A DNA stretch of 64,000 nt from an uncultured Actinomycetes bacterium (GTDB lineage Bacteria; Actinomycetota; Thermoleophilia; UBA2241). The translations under genes and the position numbers were made by a program. The notes beneath the pieces were generated by a model. That model did not search any database, was not told the DNA's origin, and saw only the letters and a program-made list of their open reading frames with translations. The first letter of the stretch is position 1; every line of letters starts with the position of its first letter. The stretch spans positions 1-64,000 of the forward strand of contig CAVRZA010000003.1 of NCBI GenBank assembly GCA_963725665.1. Direction: 5' to 3'. Positions 35,244 through 45,718 of this stretch are shown here, piece after piece.

Positions 35244-35289
35244 ACTGAAAATCATGGTGTCGGCAGTTCAATTCTGCCCCTCGCCACCA
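35244..35289 (+). other. 3' half of tRNA-Phe(GAA) (att site)
   Basis: ACTGAAAATCATGGTGTCGGCAGTTCAATTCTGCCCCTCGCCACCA: anticodon loop, T-arm and CCA; no D-arm or 5' half. Confidence 0.85.
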
Positions 35290-35709
35290 AGATTCCCCAG
35301 CAAATAGCCAGGTTCTGCTGGCGCCATGTCTTGCACTCGCGTGCTCTCCCGCCAAAGTCTGCGAAGTCTAAGGTGGACAAGGCCTCCTTCTCCACCGCTG
35401 ACGCCAACGTGCCGATGGCGACTTGCTGGGCATCGGGCAAGCCGGGGGCGCAAGTCATCATCGACGCCGCTACCAACCGGCGTTGAGCACGGCAGAAGGC
35501 GGCCGGCCAGTTGTCACCTGGGGGTGCTTGAGGCCGGGAGGTTCCAACCGCCGCTGTCTGGCCTACTCCCAGTCAGGATTGCCTGCAGGACTGGAGGTCG
35601 ACATATGCGTAGGGAGGGTTTGCCAAAGTACTTCTGAGTGAAGACCTGGGGTGTATATTCGTAAGGCACAGCCTGGCCTGCATCGGCACCTGGGAGGAGG
35701 TGAGTCGAC

Positions 35710-35859
35710 ATGTTGCTCATCTGGATACTGCTTCTGATCCTCGCCATCGTCATCTTCGGAGTTGGCTTCTTCGTCAGAGTGTTCCTGTGGATCGGAATCG
35801 CGTTGCTGATCATCTGGGTCATCGCGATTCTGGTGAACATGTTTCGCGGTCGCCGCTGA
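35710..35859 (+). CDS. 49-aa hydrophobic small membrane protein
   Basis: GGAGGAGGTG RBS; MLLIWILLLILAIVIFGVGFFVRVFLWIGIALLIIWVIAILVNMFRGRR (below the ORF-track size cutoff). Confidence 0.8.
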   Translation: MLLIWILLLILAIVIFGVGFFVRVFLWIGIALLIIWVIAILVNMFRGRR

Positions 35860-36075
35860 GTGCTTAGACGTTTCGCAGCACTGACGGGAGAGAGCGGCCG
35901 GCGCTGGTTGTCACAAGAGTCATGAACTCCACAGTCAACCCGCCGGCCGCTCATTTTGCATCGACGTGGGCGAGGAGACGATGATCCGCCGTCCGCTCTG
36001 GTGGTCACCCAGGGGACGGTGGGGAGCCAGCGCGCGCCCGCGATCGGGGCGCTTTTCAAGGTAAGGTGGTAGTCG

Positions 36076-37107
36076 ATGGATGCGCTGGTGAAGACGGGAC
36101 CGGGAGTCGGGCTCAGCCTTGAGGACGTCGAGGTACCGGCGCCCGGCCCGAGCGAAGTCCTCATCCGCATCCTGAAGACGGCCATCTGCGGCACCGACGT
36201 CCACATCTTCGAGTGGGACGACTGGGCGCGCAGGACAGTGCCCCTACCGCTCGTGATCGGACACGAGTTCGTGGGCGTGATCGAGAGGCTGGGGCACGAC
36301 GTCTCGGGTCTTGCGCTAGGCGAGGTCGTCACCGGCGAGGGGCACATAGTCTGTGGCCATTGCCGCAATTGCCTGGCCGGGCGCAGACATCTGTGCATGA
36401 ACACGGTGAGCATAGGCGCGACGAGGCCGGGGGCGTTTGCCGAGTATCTCGTGCTTCCCGCGGTCAACGTGTGGCCGGCAGATCCGCGCATACCACTCGA
36501 GGTCGTGGCCGTGTTCGACCCCCTGGGCAACGCCGTGCACACCGCGCTCAGCTACGATCTCACGGGTGAGGACGTGCTTATCACCGGCGCCGGCCCTGTA
36601 GGCTGCATGGCGGCTGCCATCGCTCGTCACGTCGGCGCCCGCTACGTCGTCATCACCGACGTCAACCCGTGGCGGCTTAAGCTGGCGCGCAAGATGGGCG
36701 TGGACCTGGCAATCGCTGCGAGCCCTGAGAGCATCGGTGGTGCGATGCGGGAGCTGGGCATGAAGGAGGGCTTCGATGTCGGACTCGAGATGTCGGGCAA
36801 CCCGGATGCCCTGCGCGGCATGCTCGAGGTGATGTGCCACGGGGGCCGGATCGCTCTTCTCGGCTTCCTCGAGGGCGAGAGCGCCATCGACTGGGAGAAG
36901 GTGATCTTCGGCAGCTTGACGCTCAAGGGTATCTACGGCCGCGAGATGTTCGAGACCTGGTACAAGATGACCGCCTTCATCCAGAGCGGTTTGGACATCA
37001 CGCCCGTTATCACGCACCGCTTCCCCTACACCGAGTTCGAGACCGCCTTCGAGACCATGCGCTCCGGCAGCTCAGGCAAGGTGATCCTCGAATGGACGCA
37101 GGTCTGA
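36076..37107 (+). CDS. tdh: L-threonine 3-dehydrogenase
   Basis: [33 protein letters not shown]. Confidence 0.96.
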   Translation: MDALVKTGPGVGLSLEDVEVPAPGPSEVLIRILKTAICGTDVHIFEWDDWARRTVPLPLVIGHEFVGVIERLGHDVSGLALGEVVTGEGHIVCGHCRNCLAGRRHLCMNTVSIGATRPGAFAEYLVLPAVNVWPADPRIPLEVVAVFDPLGNAVHTALSYDLTGEDVLITGAGPVGCMAAAIARHVGARYVVITDVNPWRLKLARKMGVDLAIAASPESIGGAMRELGMKEGFDVGLEMSGNPDALRGMLEVMCHGGRIALLGFLEGESAIDWEKVIFGSLTLKGIYGREMFETWYKMTAFIQSGLDITPVITHRFPYTEFETAFETMRSGSSGKVILEWTQV

Positions 37108-37128
37108 GGGCCAAATGGAAGGAGGATC

Positions 37129-38320
37129 GTGGTGCTGACGCCAGACCTGCAGGGGCGACTTGAGGGGCAGCTCGCGCAGATACGCCAAGAGGGTCTCTAC
37201 AAAGAGGAACGCCTCATCGACGGCCCGCAGGGTGCCTGGGTCGTCCTCGCCGACGGCCGGCGGGTGCTCAACATGTGCGCCAACAACTACCTCGGCCTCT
37301 CAGACCACCCCCAGCTCCTGGACGCGGCCAGGTCCTGCCTGGATAAGTGGGGCTTCGGCATGTCCTCGGTACGCTTCATCTGCGGCACGCAGACGCTGCA
37401 CCGCGAGCTCGAGAAGGCGCTGAGCGGCTTCCTGGGCACCGAGGACACCATCCTCTACTCGTCGTGCTTCGATGCCAACGGCGGTCTCTTCGAGACGCTG
37501 CTGACCGACGAGGACGCGATCATCAGCGACGAGCTCAACCACGCTAGCATCATCGACGGCGTGCGGCTCTGCAAGGCGCAGAGGTTCCGCTACAAGAACG
37601 CCGACATGGACGACCTGGAGGAGAAGCTGCGCGAGGCGGCCGGCGCGCGTGTGCGCCTGATCGCCACCGACGGCGTCTTCTCGATGGACGGCATCGTCGC
37701 GCCCTTGCCGGGGATCTGCGCACTGGCCGAGCGCTATCAGGCCCTGGTCATGGTGGACGACTCCCACGCCGTCGGGGTGCTCGGCGAACACGGCAAGCGG
37801 ATCGCTCGAGCACTGCGGCGTGATGGGCCGCATCGACATCTTGACCGGCACGCTGGGCAAGGCCTTGGGGGGCGCGAGCGGCGGCTACACATCGGGTCGC
37901 CGCGAGATCGTCGCGACCTTAAGGCAGCGCTCGCGGCCCTATCTCTTCTCGAACACGCTGGCGCCGGTGGTGGCCGCCGGCTCGCTACGGGCGCTCGAGC
38001 TTCTCACGGAGTCGCGCGAGCTCGTGACCAGGCTGCGCGACAACACGGCCTACTTCCGCGCCGGTGTGAAGGCGCTCGGCCTCACGATACGGGAGGGCGA
38101 GCACCCCATCGTGCCGATCATGGTGGGCGACGCCAAGCTCGCCCAGGAGGTCGCCGCGGCAATGCTGGAGAAGGGTGTGTACGTCATCGGCTTCTCGTAC
38201 CCGGTCGTGCCGCGTGAGCGGGCGCGGATCCGCGTGCAGGTCTCCGCCGCGCACTCGCGCGAGGACTTGGATCTCGCGCTCGAGGCGTTCGCAGGAGTCG
38301 CGCGCGAGCTTGGTCTCTGA
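37129..38320 (+). CDS. kbl: Glycine C-acetyltransferase (frameshift near 37795)
   Basis: [22 protein letters not shown], then [19 protein letters not shown] in a shifted frame. Confidence 0.93.
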
Positions 38321-38458
38321 GAGTGTGAAGTGGTTCGATGGCGCCCGTGAGCGGCTGACGATCATCTAGTTGACTCACGAGTCACGCTGCGACACGCAGC
38401 CGATTCGTTACCCCGCCCCAGGTTGGGCCGAGAGGAGCCTTCAGAGTAGGCTTCTGCC

Positions 38459-39322
38459 GTGAGCAAGGCAGGCGCAGAAGCCGGTGAGGACAGGCTCCCT
38501 CGGCCTCCCGTCCCAGTCTCCCTGACGCGCAGGATCGCGATTGCGATCGTCATCGGTGTCGTGGCGGGCTTCGTGGCTGGTTTGTTCGGCGTGGGCGGGG
38601 GCATCCTCATCGTTCCGGCTCTCTTGCTGGTGCTCGGGATGGAGCAGCGTCTGGCACACGGCACATCGCTGGCGGCGATCGTGCCCATCTCCGTCGGCGG
38701 CGTCGCGGGATACGTATGGTCGGGTTCCGTGGACTGGGTGGCGGTTGCGATCCTGGTGGGGGGAGCCGTGCTCGGGGCAGTGGCAGGGACTCATGCCCTT
38801 CATCGGCTTCCGCAGCGCGTTCTGCGCGTGGTCTTCGCGCTCTATCTCCTGGCCACCGCCGTTAGCCTCTTCCTCAACGTGGGATCGACGGCGGCTCAGG
38901 AACGATTGACCGTGCCCACGGTGGCCGGTCTGGTGCTCATCGGCCTGGCCGCCGGGACGACCGCCGGGCTGTTGGGTGTGGGGGGCGGTCTGGTGATGGT
39001 GCCCGCCATGATCCTTCTGCTGTCGATGCCCGTCGCCTTGGCGAAGGGTACATCGCTGGCGGTCACCGTCCCGACCGCCGTGGTGGGGACGATCCGCAAC
39101 CTCGGCGTCCGCAACGTGGACCTCGTGCTCGCGGGGGTCATCGGGTTGACGGGGATGGCATCTTCGTACGGCGGCGCTCGGGTCTCCGTGACGATGGACC
39201 CGCGGCTCTCGAAGATCCTCTTCGCTTGTCTGTTGGTCGCCGTCGCAGTGACGTTGCTGTTCATGAGGAACGGGCAACGAGCGCGAGTGCACGAGGGGTC
39301 TGGCCTGGTGGTTCAGCCTTGA
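38459..39322 (+). CDS. TauE/SafE family sulfite exporter
   Basis: Two GL.GVGGG repeats and A.GTSL motifs. Confidence 0.9.
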   Translation: MSKAGAEAGEDRLPRPPVPVSLTRRIAIAIVIGVVAGFVAGLFGVGGGILIVPALLLVLGMEQRLAHGTSLAAIVPISVGGVAGYVWSGSVDWVAVAILVGGAVLGAVAGTHALHRLPQRVLRVVFALYLLATAVSLFLNVGSTAAQERLTVPTVAGLVLIGLAAGTTAGLLGVGGGLVMVPAMILLLSMPVALAKGTSLAVTVPTAVVGTIRNLGVRNVDLVLAGVIGLTGMASSYGGARVSVTMDPRLSKILFACLLVAVAVTLLFMRNGQRARVHEGSGLVVQP

Positions 39323-39524
39323 GGCTGCTGTGCTTGATGTGACTGTGACAACAGCGGTAGTGTCGCGGTATCAGGCCCGACATCGCCACTCGTCGTGGGG
39401 AGGCGGGGCATCGGAGGCGGGCAAGGAGGTTTGAGACAGAGCAAGGCGCTTGGCAGGTTGTCGGCCTGCTAACGAATCAGCTCGATGTCGGGAGAGACTG
39501 AACTCAATCGAGAAGGGGGCAACG

Positions 39525-40997
39525 ATGCAGAACGAGGATCACGATTCCGCCGCCGGCCGTAGGGATAATGAAGGCCTTCTTGGCGGCAGGCCGGTGAGTC
39601 GTCGGGAGTTCCTCAAGATAGCGGGCGCGACTGGCGCGGTCATCGGTGTGGGTGCGGGACTGGGCGGATTCCTTGGCGCCTGCGGCGGCACGTCCTCATC
39701 CTCATCTACGTCCTCCGCTGCACCTATCAAATTCGGAATCATGGGGCCAATGGGAGATCCGACCGGCCTCAACGTGCTCAGGCCAGCCGAGATGATGTTC
39801 AAGACGATCAACGCTGCCGGTGGGATCCTGGGTCATCCCTGCGAGATCGTAGGACCTCTCGACGATCACAATGAGACAGCTCAGGCCATCACGGCCTACG
39901 AGTCCCTGATAAGCAAGAAATGTAATGTGATTCTTGGTGCCTCAATTGATGATGTCGAGTCGGCGCTTCTTGGTAGGATAGCGCAGCAGCCTGATGTTCT
40001 GTATTTGTCTCAGTTTGCTTCAACTCAGGCCTTCATGGTCAACGTTCATAAGGACTACGAGCGGTTCAAGACATATTTTATGTACACGCCAACTGATCAA
40101 GGGCTGTACTTCTGTGTCCAGAATCCTGCCGTGGAGTTGAAGGACAAGTTTGGCTGGAAGAGAGCCTTCATGCTGCGCGAGGATATGGTCTGGACTGAGG
40201 GTGTGGAGGGATTCTTCAAGGACGAGGCGCCAAAGGCAGGGTTCGAAATTGCTGGCATAGCTGTGGTGCCTGTGGACGTGGAAGACCTGACTCCGTATTT
40301 CAGGCAGGCACAGCAGGCAAATGCCCAAGTCATCATGACTTTCATATCGGTGTTCGGAGAGAAGCTTGCGAATCAGGCTTGGTCGCAGAAGTTCCCGATC
40401 GCGATGCTCGGGCACAACGGCATTCTGAACGACTACGGCTACTGGGAGAGAAGTAAGGGAGCCTGGGGCCCGATGGCCACCACGTCGACGTGGGGGAGTC
40501 TGGAGAAACAGACCGCGGTGTGGCGCGACTTCGTCACGGAGTGGTATACGACGTACACGGATGACCCAAGGACGCCGATGTGGCTCGGTGAATGCACGTG
40601 GCGGGCGATCAACTCGTACAAGGAGGCCTGCGAGAGGGCGAAGACCATAGAGACGCAGGCGGTCATCAAGGAGCTCGAGAAGACGTATTATCCCGACGCA
40701 CCGGTCGCCGGTGGGTTCTACGGACCTGAAGAGGGCGATTGGCCACACGCTTGGTGCTCGCCTATCGACAAGGCGCAGGTCTACACGGCGAATCCGCCAC
40801 GTGGAAAGGGGCTGTGGGAGAGTTCGCCTTGGAGTCCTATGACCCAGTGGGAGCCTCAGAACATTGCGCCGTCTGCGACCTTCGTGCTGCCTGGGGAGCC
40901 CGCAGACTACGGCCGGCTAGTCACCGTATATCCACAGAAGCTGGCTGGCGGTGAGTTCCAGCAGCCCCCGTTCTTCCCCGGTTCACCCAACGCGTGA
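39525..40997 (+). CDS. ABC transporter substrate-binding protein (Liv/HAAT type, Tat lipoprotein)
   Basis: SRREFLK Tat motif, LGAC lipobox, IKFG..GP..INAAGGILG. Confidence 0.88.
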   Translation: MQNEDHDSAAGRRDNEGLLGGRPVSRREFLKIAGATGAVIGVGAGLGGFLGACGGTSSSSSTSSAAPIKFGIMGPMGDPTGLNVLRPAEMMFKTINAAGGILGHPCEIVGPLDDHNETAQAITAYESLISKKCNVILGASIDDVESALLGRIAQQPDVLYLSQFASTQAFMVNVHKDYERFKTYFMYTPTDQGLYFCVQNPAVELKDKFGWKRAFMLREDMVWTEGVEGFFKDEAPKAGFEIAGIAVVPVDVEDLTPYFRQAQQANAQVIMTFISVFGEKLANQAWSQKFPIAMLGHNGILNDYGYWERSKGAWGPMATTSTWGSLEKQTAVWRDFVTEWYTTYTDDPRTPMWLGECTWRAINSYKEACERAKTIETQAVIKELEKTYYPDAPVAGGFYGPEEGDWPHAWCSPIDKAQVYTANPPRGKGLWESSPWSPMTQWEPQNIAPSATFVLPGEPADYGRLVTVYPQKLAGGEFQQPPFFPGSPNA

Positions 40998-41168
40998 CGC
41001 TGCGCGACGCGCAGGCAAGCAACAGACAGATCTTTCAGGACGAACGTGAGTGCACTGAGGGGCACGCCTCGAGCCTGCCCCTCAGTGCGCGAACGGTCGC
41101 GGGCTCCCGGGTTGCGAGCCTCTGAACGAGACCATATGGCTTGGGATTAGCCAGGGGAGGCTGGGTAC

Positions 41169-42023
41169 GTGGACAATCTGGTGTACGTTCTGGTGTACGG
41201 CGTCCTATTCGCGTCCCTCTACGGGATCATGACGGTCGGCTTTGCTCTGATCTGCGGTCTGGGGGGCTTCTACGACATCACTCTGCCAGCGTATTTCATG
41301 GTAGGCGGCTTTGCGATCGTGAAGCTCAGCCCCTATCTCTCACAGTGGTCGTTTCTTCCGGTGGCGCTCGGCCTGGGGGCGCTCTGCGTAGGCCACTACT
41401 ACGTGTTCATCAGGCCGCAGCGCGAGAACCCCTACAGGGTGTTCTTCGCAACCATTCTGTTGGCGCTCGGTGTCGAGAGCCTGATGGCCATGATCTTCAC
41501 ATATGGCTACACATTCAAGGTAACGCCGCTGATCGCTGGTGACGTGCACCTCCTGGGCGTTAGCGTGCAGCGCGAGCTCATTCTTGGCGGTGCCATTGGC
41601 TGGCTTACCCTGTTCGGGCTTCTCTACCTCACCAGGCACAGCAATATTGGCCGAGCCGTCATTGCGATTCCGCAGAGTGCGCGCGGTAGTCAGGTTATCG
41701 GTCTTGATGTGGTCCGCATCCAGATGCTCGTTTATTTCGTCGGAGGAGTTCTCCTAGGATTAGGGTCATACTTCTATGGCGGCTACATTGGTGTCAGTGT
41801 ACATATGTGGTCTTATCCTCTCGTGATTATGTTCACCATTGCTACTCTCGGAGGCCTCGGCAGTATTAGTGGCATGATGTACGCTACTCTTTTTATCGGA
41901 ATACTTGAGGTTGGCGTGGTCACATTTATCGACCCACGAATTCGTGCCTTTGTTCTGCTGGGAGTAGCCGTCGCTATTCTGATATACCGTCCACGAGGAA
42001 TATCGGGAACCCGCATTGGTTGA
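41169..42023 (+). CDS. Liv-type ABC permease (LivH-like)
   Basis: Multiple TM segments; LGGLGSISG; YRPRGI. Confidence 0.88.
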   Translation: MDNLVYVLVYGVLFASLYGIMTVGFALICGLGGFYDITLPAYFMVGGFAIVKLSPYLSQWSFLPVALGLGALCVGHYYVFIRPQRENPYRVFFATILLALGVESLMAMIFTYGYTFKVTPLIAGDVHLLGVSVQRELILGGAIGWLTLFGLLYLTRHSNIGRAVIAIPQSARGSQVIGLDVVRIQMLVYFVGGVLLGLGSYFYGGYIGVSVHMWSYPLVIMFTIATLGGLGSISGMMYATLFIGILEVGVVTFIDPRIRAFVLLGVAVAILIYRPRGISGTRIG

Positions 42024-42055
42024 ACCGCTGGTGCCGAGATTAGAGAGAGGATGCC

Positions 42056-43024
42056 GTGGCTAGAGATCTCTACAAGTGGGTAGCGACGCTTGCGGTTCTG
42101 ATTGCTGTGGCCCTGATGATGCAGGGGCAGCTCTCTTTTGTGATTACCGCCAGCCTGTTCGCCATGTTCGCGATGAGCTGGTGTTTCTTTACGAGTTTCA
42201 GCGGTTTCCTCAACCTTGGCCATGTGATCTTCATCGGCACGGCCGGGTATACGAGCGCGATTCTCAACTATCACCTTGGGTGGCCGATGTGGCTGAGCAT
42301 GGTGGTGGGGGTCGGCGTGGGAACCGGAGTAGGGTGGTTGTACCTGTACCCCATTCACCGGCGCATATTCGGTCTCAGTTTCGAGATGGTCAGTTTTCTT
42401 TCGATCATCGCCATTTCGAATCTGGTCGTGTCTGGTTACGCGAGGCCCCTGACGGGTGGCGATATTGGGCTTTCTCCGCTCGACGGTCTGTTCTCGACCG
42501 TCTGGTTGGCGGTTCTTCTGGCGGCGCTTCTGTGTGGTTTTGGCTTCTGGTATTCGCTGTATCTCCGCTCTGACTCGGGTAAGGTCGTCGACTTCGCACG
42601 GGAGAACCAAGGAATCGTGAAATCGGCCGGGGCGGACCCTCACCGCTACACCGGCAGACTGCTTCTGCTGAGTGGCCTGCTGGGAAGTGTCGGAGGAGTC
42701 CTGTACGTCCACTACTCCGGGGCGGCGGTAGTCTCAAACACGTTTGCCCTGGCCTTCATGATCCGCATCATCGTCATGGCCATCATCGGCGGCCGATTCA
42801 GCCTTCGCGGGGCGATCGTCGGTGCGTACGTAGTCGTGTTCTTGGGCATGGAACTCATGCCGTACGTCGATGCCTTCGTTCAGTTTCTTGTTATCTACGC
42901 GATCGGCTTCGTCATCTACTTTGCATGGCCGACGGGGTTGGTTGGGATGCTGAGTTGGGTCTGGAACAGGTTGCCGTGGGCGGCAGGTCAGCCTGGGGCA
43001 GAGAAGACCTCAGCGGCCGCTTAG
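42056..43024 (+). CDS. Liv-type ABC permease (LivM-like)
   Basis: SGFLNLGH..F.G, LTGGDIG, IIGG, PTGLVG. Confidence 0.88.
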   Translation: MARDLYKWVATLAVLIAVALMMQGQLSFVITASLFAMFAMSWCFFTSFSGFLNLGHVIFIGTAGYTSAILNYHLGWPMWLSMVVGVGVGTGVGWLYLYPIHRRIFGLSFEMVSFLSIIAISNLVVSGYARPLTGGDIGLSPLDGLFSTVWLAVLLAALLCGFGFWYSLYLRSDSGKVVDFARENQGIVKSAGADPHRYTGRLLLLSGLLGSVGGVLYVHYSGAAVVSNTFALAFMIRIIVMAIIGGRFSLRGAIVGAYVVVFLGMELMPYVDAFVQFLVIYAIGFVIYFAWPTGLVGMLSWVWNRLPWAAGQPGAEKTSAAA

Positions 43025-43044
43025 TGCGAGGCGAAGGACTGACT

Positions 43045-43743
43045 ATGCCTATCCTAGAGCTGGAGAATGTAGATAAGGTGTTCCCGGGAGTAAAGGCGCT
43101 CAATCGCGTGAACATGAGCGTCGAACAGGGCGAAATAAGGGGGCTCATCGGGCCCAACGGTTCTGGCAAATCGACGATGATTTCGACTGTGATGGGAGTG
43201 TACAGGCCCGATGGTGGCACGATCAGGTTCAAAGGCAGTGATCTTGGTAGTAAGCCTATTTGGGATCGTGTGAAGCTGGGCATAAGCGCGACAAATCAAA
43301 CGGCCCAGTACGTGGCAGATTTGTCAATTCGCCGACACGTTGAGTTGGGCGTGATGGTGAATGGCTTTCCTAAGCAGGACGTTGAACGGGTGGCAGAGCT
43401 CGTTGACCTGACGGACTGGGTCGACGAGCTGCCAAGTGCCCTGTCCGCCCTCGGTGCGAAGAAGCTTGAGATAGGAAAGGCTCTATCGACAAGGCCTTCG
43501 TTGCTGATGCTCGACGAGTGTTTCGCCGGCCTTTCCTTCGAGGAAGGCGAGGAGATGGTGAGCATCATTAGGCGGGTCGTTTCTGAGTACGATGTCACCG
43601 TCCTCGTGGTCGATCACAACCTCGGCTTGGTCGAAGAGATCGCTCATGAGACAACGGTGATCGACCGGGGCAACATCATCGCCGAGGGCACGTTTCAGGA
43701 AATCGTCGACAATCCCGTTGTCGTTGAAGCGTACATGGGGTGA
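43045..43743 (+). CDS. Liv-type ABC ATPase (LivG-like)
   Basis: GPNGSGKST, LLMLDE, V.EAYMG. Confidence 0.92.
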   Translation: MPILELENVDKVFPGVKALNRVNMSVEQGEIRGLIGPNGSGKSTMISTVMGVYRPDGGTIRFKGSDLGSKPIWDRVKLGISATNQTAQYVADLSIRRHVELGVMVNGFPKQDVERVAELVDLTDWVDELPSALSALGAKKLEIGKALSTRPSLLMLDECFAGLSFEEGEEMVSIIRRVVSEYDVTVLVVDHNLGLVEEIAHETTVIDRGNIIAEGTFQEIVDNPVVVEAYMG

Positions 43744-43749
43744 TTCTGG

Positions 43750-44454
43750 ATGAGCCTGCTGGAGGTTAGCGACCTCAGGGTGAAGTACGGCAACGTTGAG
43801 GCATTGAAGGGCATAAGCCTGACGATAGGTGATGATGAGAAGTGTGTCGCTCTTGTGGGCCCCAATGGAGCGGGCAAGAGCACTTTCGTCAATGCAGTGA
43901 CTGGTTTGATGAAATGGGAAGGCACAGTCTCATACAAAGGAAGCAGTATCGCCGGGTTATCTAACAGACAGCTTGTTCAGGCAGGAGTGGTCCAGTGCCC
44001 CGAGCGGCGGTATCTGTTCGACTTCATGACGGTCAAAGACAATCTCTTGCTGGGTACGTATAACGCCGGCAAGGACAGTGACGTATCGCTTGAAAGCGTG
44101 TTCGAGCTGTTTCCCGTGCTGAAGGAGAGAGTGAAGCAGCAGGCTGGGACGTTGAGTGGCGGAGAGGCGCAAATGCTGGCCATTGGGCGGTCGCTCTTGG
44201 CGAATCCGAGCCTCTTGCTCTTGGACGAGCCAACGCTGGGTTTGGCGCCGATCCTCAGAAAGAAGCTTTCGGAGGCGTTTCAGGAGATCTACAAGCGGGG
44301 CGTGGTCATTTGCCTGGTGGAGCAGAACGTGAAGCTGAGTTTCGACGTGGCGGAGCGGGTCTACGTGATACGCGAAGGGCACATCGTCATGGAGGGCTCT
44401 GCCGCCGAGCTTAGCCACGACAAGGAGATCCACCGGACGTTCCTCGGCGTGTGA
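43750..44454 (+). CDS. Liv-type ABC ATPase (LivF-like)
   Basis: GPNGAGKST, AGTLSGGE, LDEPTLGLAP, VEQN. Confidence 0.93.
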   Translation: MSLLEVSDLRVKYGNVEALKGISLTIGDDEKCVALVGPNGAGKSTFVNAVTGLMKWEGTVSYKGSSIAGLSNRQLVQAGVVQCPERRYLFDFMTVKDNLLLGTYNAGKDSDVSLESVFELFPVLKERVKQQAGTLSGGEAQMLAIGRSLLANPSLLLLDEPTLGLAPILRKKLSEAFQEIYKRGVVICLVEQNVKLSFDVAERVYVIREGHIVMEGSAAELSHDKEIHRTFLGV

Positions 44455-44511
44455 GGACGGCGCTGCGGTCGCGCGAGCGCTGCAAATGCGGAGAGCGAGG
44501 CGGGGGCAGAA

Positions 44512-45687
44512 GTGAAGGAGTTCACTGTACCGAGAAACACCTTCTACGGTTTTGGCGCGCTCGCGAACGTCACGGCGATACCGGCCAAACGTGCCATGGT
44601 CGTGAGCGATGCGGTGATGGCGAGCCTCGGCTGGGTGGAGAAGGTCAAGGCGATCCTGGAGGCCAACGGCACAGAGGTGACGGTCTTCACCGACGTTGAA
44701 CCGGATCCGTCGCGGGACACGGTGGCCTCAGGTGCCGCCATCATGCGGGAGTGCCGCCCGGAGGTCGTCGTCGGGCTGGGCGGGGGCTCCTCAATAGACG
44801 CCGGCAAAGCCATGTGGGTCTTCTACGAGTTACCTGAGATGACGTGGGAAATCGCCAGTGTGCCTTTCTCCCTGCCACCGTTGCGCAGCAAGGCACGATA
44901 CGTGGCGGTGCCCTCGACGAGTGGCACGGGAACCGAGGTGGGGATCGGCGCCGTCATCACCAACACGCACGCCGATCCTCCCGTCAAGAAATCCATAGAC
45001 TCCTACGAATTGACGCCCGATGTCGCTATCGTCGATCCGGAGCTCTGTCTCACCATGCCGCCCGAGGTCACCGCGAACACGGGCATGGACGTTATCTCGC
45101 ACGCGCTCGAGGCCTACGTGGCGGCCGGCGCGAACGACTTCTCCGACGGCTTGGCGATCAAGGCGCTCCAGCTTGCATTCGGGTGGCTGCCGTCGGCCGT
45201 GAAGGATGGCAGCGACAGAACCGCAAGAGAGAAGATGCACTATGCCTCGGCGGTGGCCGGCCTGGCGTTCAACAACGCTGGTCTTGGGATAACCCATTCG
45301 CTCGCTCATCAGCTTGGGTCCGTGTGGGGAGTTCCGCACGGCCGGGCCAACGCTGTGATCATGCCGTACGCCGTTGAGTACAACGCCGAGGTGTCAGCCT
45401 CCCGGTACGGCGATGTCGCTGCGGCGATCGGTGTCGGTGGGGCCGATGTCGAGCAGTCGGTGACACGGCTGATCGACAGGATCGTCGAACTGATGAAGCA
45501 GATAGGCATGCCTTCGTCGATCGAGGAGCTCGGGATACCTTCGGACCAGTTCGGAAGGGCAGTGGACCTCATTGCGCAGAACGCCCTGGACGACGCTTGC
45601 ACGGGCGACAACGATCGTCAGCCGACCGTGGAGGACTTGAAGGGGATCTACGCGCGCTCGTGGGAAGGAGCGCTGCACCGGGCATAG
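44512..45687 (+). CDS. Iron-containing alcohol dehydrogenase
   Basis: GLGGGSSIDAGK, PSTSGTGTE, D..SHALEAY, HSLAH, HG.AN. Confidence 0.94.
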   Translation: MKEFTVPRNTFYGFGALANVTAIPAKRAMVVSDAVMASLGWVEKVKAILEANGTEVTVFTDVEPDPSRDTVASGAAIMRECRPEVVVGLGGGSSIDAGKAMWVFYELPEMTWEIASVPFSLPPLRSKARYVAVPSTSGTGTEVGIGAVITNTHADPPVKKSIDSYELTPDVAIVDPELCLTMPPEVTANTGMDVISHALEAYVAAGANDFSDGLAIKALQLAFGWLPSAVKDGSDRTAREKMHYASAVAGLAFNNAGLGITHSLAHQLGSVWGVPHGRANAVIMPYAVEYNAEVSASRYGDVAAAIGVGGADVEQSVTRLIDRIVELMKQIGMPSSIEELGIPSDQFGRAVDLIAQNALDDACTGDNDRQPTVEDLKGIYARSWEGALHRA

Positions 45688-45718
45688 GTCCCCACGCGAA
45701 CTGGGGCCACTTGGCCGC

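Noticed and set aside
35244-35289. Functional tRNA-Phe (and tRNA-Cys at 5009-6322)
   Set aside because: The 5' acceptor strand, D-arm and 5' anticodon stem are missing, so these are att duplications.
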